From an uncultured delta proteobacterium (lineage in GTDB: Bacteria; Desulfobacterota; Syntrophia; Syntrophales; UBA2185): a stretch of 64,000 nt of DNA. The DNA is taken from NCBI GenBank assembly GCA_963729715.1, contig CAVSPA010000003.1, positions 192,001 through 256,000 of the forward strand. The letters are read 5' to 3'. A program made the position numbers and the translations under genes. This document shows positions 59,143 to 64,000 of this stretch, in pieces. The notes beneath the pieces were generated by a model. The model was given only the letters and a program-made list of their open reading frames with translations, had not been told where the DNA came from and made no database searches. Position 1 is the stretch's first letter, and every line of letters begins with the position of its first letter.

Positions 59143-60357
59143 ATGGTCGAAGAAAAAAAGAATGAAGAAAAAAGTTTTGCGGAACTGTTCGGAGAAACCG
59201 AGGTGCGAAAGGATTTCCTGGAGCCGGGTCAGAAGATTGAAGCCACCATCGTCAAGATCACTCAGGATTGGATATTCCTCGACCTGGGAGGGAAGAGCGA
59301 AGGCTATCTCGACAGAAAAGAATTGGCCGATGAAAATGGCAATCTTTCCGTAAAGGAGGGCGATTCCATTGAAGCATATTTCCTTTCGTCGAAGCATAAC
59401 GAGAAACTTTTTACGACGAAAATAGGAGCGGGAGATTCCGCGAGAATCCATATAGAAGAAGTCTGGCGAAGCGGAATACCCATTGAGGGTGTTGTAGAGA
59501 AAGAGATCAAGGGTGGATTTGAGATCAAACTGGTAGGCGATATGCGGGGCTTCTGTCCATATTCCCAGATAGACATCAGGCGTGCTGAGAATGCGAAAGA
59601 CTATGTCGGCCGCCGTCTTCCTTTCAGAATTACGGAATACGGAGAGCGGGGGCGCAATATCGTTTTGTCTGCGAGGGTCATTCTGGAGGAGCAGAAGAAA
59701 AGAGATGAAAAGGCGCGGAAGGCCGAATTACACGAAGGGATGCTCGTAAAAGGGACCGTAGTGTCCATCCGGGATTTTGGCGCCTTTCTGGATATCGGTG
59801 GTTTGCAGGGCCTCCTCCCGATCTCGGAGATCGGCTGGGACCGCGTGGAGGACATTTACACGCGCCTGTCCGTCGGTCAAACATTCGATGTAATCATTGC
59901 CAAGATGGATCCGCAAAACAACCGTGTCAGTTTTTCTCTAAAACAGACATTATCCGATCCCTGGAATGAAGCAGAGGCAAAATACCCGGAAGGGACTTTT
60001 CATACAGGAACCGTGGTGCGTCTGATGAAGTTCGGCGCCTTCGTCAATCTGGGGCCGGGGGTTGACGGCCTTCTTCACATCTCCAAACTGGGAAAGGGAA
60101 AGAGAATCGTTCATCCCAGTGATGTCGTCAAGGAAGGGCAGGTCATGGAAGTCAGGATTGATACGATAGACAAGGAGCAAAAGAGGATATCCCTTTCCAT
60201 ACCGGAGGCAGAAGCGCGTGATGACGCAGAGCGAAAGATAGAGAAAAAGTCTGCAGATGACCATCAAGAATATGCCGGGGAGGTTCCCACGTCGCTCGGT
60301 TCATTGGGTGATATTATGATGCGGAATGTGGGGAAAAAGAAGAAGAGCAATGGATGA
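59143..60357 (+). CDS. rpsA: 30S ribosomal protein S1-like protein (short, four S1 domains)
   Basis: DLGGKSEG, GFCPYSQID, DFGAFLDIGG..GLL, KFGAFV.L.PGVDGLLHIS; probably a second S1 paralog. Confidence 0.8.
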   Translation: MVEEKKNEEKSFAELFGETEVRKDFLEPGQKIEATIVKITQDWIFLDLGGKSEGYLDRKELADENGNLSVKEGDSIEAYFLSSKHNEKLFTTKIGAGDSARIHIEEVWRSGIPIEGVVEKEIKGGFEIKLVGDMRGFCPYSQIDIRRAENAKDYVGRRLPFRITEYGERGRNIVLSARVILEEQKKRDEKARKAELHEGMLVKGTVVSIRDFGAFLDIGGLQGLLPISEIGWDRVEDIYTRLSVGQTFDVIIAKMDPQNNRVSFSLKQTLSDPWNEAEAKYPEGTFHTGTVVRLMKFGAFVNLGPGVDGLLHISKLGKGKRIVHPSDVVKEGQVMEVRIDTIDKEQKRISLSIPEAEARDDAERKIEKKSADDHQEYAGEVPTSLGSLGDIMMRNVGKKKKSNG

Positions 60358-60443
60358 AGCCCTCGCGAGAAGTGAACAATACCATCATTCCCGGACCAAG
60401 ATTGTCACTGCTACGCGCAAATGGCCGTGGCGATTTTCCCCAT

Positions 60444-60557
60444 TTGTCATTTCGAACCCTTCGGTTTACTCAGGGTAAACGCCGTGAGGAATCTTAAGAT
60501 CCCTCCCTTTACTCGGGACAGGGATTTCTCAGTCTCTGCGCTCCTTCGAGATGACAA
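60444..60557. repeat. REP/MITE-like palindromic element
   Basis: Terminal inverted repeats TTGTCATTTCGAA / TTCGAGATGACAA with internal hairpins, between convergent genes. Confidence 0.6.
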
Positions 60558-60667
60558 GCGAATTAGGTCATGCACACGCCCGAAAAGAACATTTGCGGGC
60601 AGGCCCTGATCTGGGAATCCAGACCCGCCCGTGATGAGTCTTTCTTAATCACCCTCTCTGCATCCTC

Positions 60668-61027
60668 TCACTTTGCGCTTTCGTCATCCTCCCAGATGCC
60701 GAGGATATTATTTTCCGTATCTCTGAAGATAGCAAAATATCCCCATCCCTTGACGGGCATTTTGGAAACGAGAATCTTTCCACCGGCCTTTTCGACCTTG
60801 ATGCTGCTTTTCTCTACTGAGTCGACATCAATATAATTGACGACCGCCTTTTTGGTCTTTTCCCGTTTCGTCAAACCACCGTAAAGCGCATCCTTGCCGC
60901 CCGTCTTGATCATCCAGTAGTCCCATTTGGGAACTTTCTCGAATTCCCAGTCAAAAAGTTTTTTGCAAAATCTTTTCGCTCTTCTCAGGTCATCCGCCGG
61001 TAGTTCAAAATAGACTAGGTCTCCCAT
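60668..61027 (-). CDS. VOC/glyoxalase family protein
   Basis: FELPADD..RA..F...LF.W.F, YIDVD.V, G.FA.F.DTE.N.LGIWE; GGAGGTG RBS. Confidence 0.9.
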   Translation of the reverse strand: MGDLVYFELPADDLRRAKRFCKKLFDWEFEKVPKWDYWMIKTGGKDALYGGLTKREKTKKAVVNYIDVDSVEKSSIKVEKAGGKILVSKMPVKGWGYFAIFRDTENNILGIWEDDESAK

Positions 61028-61242
61028 ACCGATCACCTCCATTTGTAGATTTCTGACAATTAGCCTACATAGTACCCTCAGCTGATGCCACCTGATTTTC
61101 CGGTGAAAAAAAATCTTATCCGGCATGGGAGAAAGGATGATCGTGCGGCGGTCTCAGGAGCGCTTGCCTGCGGGGTTCTGCCGTCTGTATGTCTTTTACC
61201 GGTGGAGAAATGGTTTCTCAACGATGGCAGTGGTTGGAGCCA

Positions 61243-62382
61243 CTATGATGCAAGCAATGCCGCGATCTCCTCTTTGCGGGCGTTGGCGTCGGCAGCGCCG
61301 ATTTCCATGAGCCTTCGTATATAGCTCGGCACGAACATCACCATGCTCAGCCAATCAAAAGTTTCCGCTTCACGGGTGCCGAGTCCCCGCATTAAGAAAC
61401 GAAACAGCCCCGGCAGATCGCGTTCATATTTTCCTGCCATCATTCCTAAATCGACGGAGGGACGCAATACGAATGCCCGCACCAACCGGAGATTAAGGTC
61501 TTCTCTTGATGATGCGCTGTCAAGGACACGGTTGACGCGCTCCAGTCCCAGCACATCCTGGTCCAGGAAATCCAAAAAAATGGCATTCATCAGGACGCCC
61601 ATGATCTGCGCGATGGACGGATAACGGCGACTCGCTTCAGAACGTGCCTCTTGTACAAAGGGCTTATAGCGGGTCGAAATTGCCAGGATTCGTCCTGCGC
61701 CGAGATGAAGAGAAGGCGAAAGCGGCGCTGATTGGCGAATAACACCATCCCCGTACCATGAACCTTCCACCTTGATGGCCGAGAAGAAAATAGGCAAAGA
61801 AGTGGAGGCCATGATCTGGTCAACGGTGATATCCGTCATGACGCTGTGTCTATCCGGCCTTTCCCACATTTCGATATTCTTTCCCTGGACCCAGGTAATG
61901 GTTTGACCTGTTGCATAGTTTGTGGCTGTGATGGCAAGGGCTTTTAGTTTTTGCTGTCGTATATTTTCGCGTATCCCTATCATTCCGCCATCCGCCGATT
62001 TGAAGCCCTTCTGCAGCATTTTTCTGAGAGGCGTAGTATCCACCAATCCTTTCGGAGCCTTTGTCCCGGACATGCCTCCTGAAAAAAGAGAGAACCCCCA
62101 ACGGAGAACATTTTTTGAGAGTGTCCATGCGTTTACATTAAAGACATGATCAGTCTGAAGTTTGAGCCAGAACTCGCTCAGTGCGTCGACAGCTTCCGCA
62201 AAGGTGCCCTGATAATTGGCAATAAACGTTGCATTGATGGCGCCCGCGGAAACACCTGTCAGTATCGGGATATTGAGGTGAGGAAATTGATCTGCGAGGG
62301 AGCGCAAAAAGCCCACCTGATAGGCGGCATGCGCCCCCCCGCCACTTAATACGAGCGCCAAATCATTATTATCGCTTTTCAA
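61243..62382 (-). CDS. Patatin-like phospholipase
   Basis: LSGGGA, GVSAG, AS.SLP.FF, DG motifs. Confidence 0.9.
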   Translation of the reverse strand: MKSDNNDLALVLSGGGAHAAYQVGFLRSLADQFPHLNIPILTGVSAGAINATFIANYQGTFAEAVDALSEFWLKLQTDHVFNVNAWTLSKNVLRWGFSLFSGGMSGTKAPKGLVDTTPLRKMLQKGFKSADGGMIGIRENIRQQKLKALAITATNYATGQTITWVQGKNIEMWERPDRHSVMTDITVDQIMASTSLPIFFSAIKVEGSWYGDGVIRQSAPLSPSLHLGAGRILAISTRYKPFVQEARSEASRRYPSIAQIMGVLMNAIFLDFLDQDVLGLERVNRVLDSASSREDLNLRLVRAFVLRPSVDLGMMAGKYERDLPGLFRFLMRGLGTREAETFDWLSMVMFVPSYIRRLMEIGAADANARKEEIAALLAS

Positions 62383-62589
62383 CGACCACGCCCCTTCTTA
62401 ATGGTTTGATAAATCAACCAGTCCACTATTGAATAGTTATCATATTTGAAGCTCGACGTCTGTGATAATTTTACTGGGCCGATGACCTCCGGCGAGAATG
62501 TTACACAGCATAATTACCGGATTCAGACCAGGGCCTACCCTCGAATTCGGAAGCGAGCGAATGACGAACGATACTGTTCCCTAAGAATC

Positions 62590-62624
62590 GAAGATTCTCC
62601 GCAGCTTACTGCGGAGAGCTTCAA
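62590..62624. mobile_element. Isolated hairpin resembling an IS200/IS605-type end or REP
   Basis: CTCCGCAG-CTTA-CTGCGGAG stem flanked by GAAG/CTTC; no transposase nearby. Confidence 0.35.
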
Positions 62625-62840
62625 TATTTTTATTGGTGCGGGAATGAGGGAGGCGTTGAGGTCGAAATGACGGGCATTGACATAAGATTAAACCGTATTA
62701 ACTGCTCAATACGCTGAGAATCTATACGACGATATTTCCATTGACAGTTGGAGAGAGAAGTTTTAAATAAGCCTGTAACATCGAACCCATGAATTCATCG
62801 ACCCGCTTGCTTTTAGGGGAAGTTTTCTTGCGAGAATGAT

Positions 62841-63620
62841 ATGGATATTTCTGTAGACATTAACTGCGACATGGGGGAATCCTTCGGAGCTTACAAAATT
62901 GGGAGAGACGAAGAGATCATACGGTACATCACCTCTTCCAATATCGCCTGCGGATTTCATGCATCGGATCCTAATGTCATGGAAAGAACGGTGCGACTCT
63001 GCAAAGACCGCGGGGTCAGGGCAGGCGCGCATCCCGGCTATCCCGACTTGCCGGGTTTCGGAAGGCGGTTCATGGACATGGACCGGAAGGAATTGATAAA
63101 CGCCATCGTATATCAGGTGGGAGCCCTGCAGGGGTTTCTCTCCTTTCATCAAATGCCATTGCAGCACATAAAGATGCATGGCGCGCTCTATAACTATCTG
63201 ATCAAAGAGGAAAGCCTTTTTCTGGAGATCATGGAAATGGTGAAGAGCGCCTTCGGGGACGTGATCTTTCTGACGCTGACCACGCCGCGGACGGCGGCGC
63301 TGAAGAAGGTCCTCAAAAATAAGGGCGTGAGAATCGCGCTCGAGGCTTTTCCGGACAGGAACTACGGCGATGATGGGGAACTTCTGTCGCGAAAACACAA
63401 AGAGGCCGTGTTGAAAGATCCAGACCTAATCGCGAAGAGAGCGATACTCATGGTCAAAGAGAGGGGAATCAAGAGCGTCAGCGGCAGCTGGCTGGATATG
63501 GAGGTTGATACATTGTGCATGCACGGTGACAACCCGGAGAGCATTGATGCTGCCAGAATGCTGAAGACGCATTTTGCACAGGAAAAGATTCTCGTTAAGC
63601 CACTGGCAGAGATCTTATAG
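62841..63620 (+). CDS. pxpA: 5-oxoprolinase subunit A (LamB/YcsF)
   Basis: DINCDMGESFG, NIACGFHA.DP, GAHPGYPD..GFGRR, K.HGALYN, C.HGD. Confidence 0.93.
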   Translation: MDISVDINCDMGESFGAYKIGRDEEIIRYITSSNIACGFHASDPNVMERTVRLCKDRGVRAGAHPGYPDLPGFGRRFMDMDRKELINAIVYQVGALQGFLSFHQMPLQHIKMHGALYNYLIKEESLFLEIMEMVKSAFGDVIFLTLTTPRTAALKKVLKNKGVRIALEAFPDRNYGDDGELLSRKHKEAVLKDPDLIAKRAILMVKERGIKSVSGSWLDMEVDTLCMHGDNPESIDAARMLKTHFAQEKILVKPLAEIL

Positions 63621-63623
63621 CGT

Positions 63624-64000
63624 ATGAACATTTCAAGGTACGGCGAAGAGGGGATACGGATCTTATTCGGAGAAAAAATCGATTTGGAGATCCATGAAAA
63701 GGTAAGGCGATATTATTTTTTTCTGAAGTCCCACCGATTGGAAGAAATAACCGACATCATACCCTCCTTCAGATCCTGCCTGATTCTCTTTGACAGGAAG
63801 AAAACTTCATACGAAGCGCTCACTGCCTTTTTACGGGGTAAGGAATTCCTGATTGCCCATATCGATATTCCGGAACCAAAAACCCACGATGTTCCGGTTG
63901 AATACGGAGGGAAAAGCGGCTTCGACATTGATTTTGTGGCGTCCCACACGGGATTGTCTGAAGACGAGATAATAGAGATCCATACCTCAGTCACATACAA
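63624..64000 (+). CDS. pxpB: 5-oxoprolinase subunit B (3' end outside window)
   Basis: MNISRYGE..I..F, DIIPSF.S.L, VPVEYGG..G.D..VA..GLS..E.I.IH; directly follows pxpA. Confidence 0.88.
   Translation, partial: MNISRYGEEGIRILFGEKIDLEIHEKVRRYYFFLKSHRLEEITDIIPSFRSCLILFDRKKTSYEALTAFLRGKEFLIAHIDIPEPKTHDVPVEYGGKSGFDIDFVASHTGLSEDEIIEIHTSVTY

Overview
Gene-dense chromosomal window from an anaerobic deltaproteobacterium. A Syntrophales-like lineage is inferred from gene content only. Housekeeping content: the pgpA-cinA-thpR-recA-recX-alaS cluster, dinB, hemW, lepA, an S1 paralog and pxpA-pxpB. Metabolic content: CoA ligase, 2-hydroxyacyl-CoA dehydratase and activase, convergent with two PTB-like genes and butyrate kinase; also a MarR/ACAD/MoxR/VWA operon. 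Many envelope genes are present. I found no rRNA, tRNA, CRISPR array or intact mobile element. The most notable signals are: (1) two tandem phosphotransbutyrylase paralogs with reciprocal motif loss, suggesting an obligate heterodimer; (2) an unannotated beta-barrel/Ig-fold/repeat-protein surface cluster; (3) a DedA-rhodanese gene with an in-frame UGA in a CxU motif, a probable selenoprotein; (4) a GNAT-deacetylase fusion; (5) an attenuator-like leader before lepA; (6) a GAAC-N4-GTTC palindrome in the dinB promoter. All family assignments come from motif recognition by eye, without database searches.
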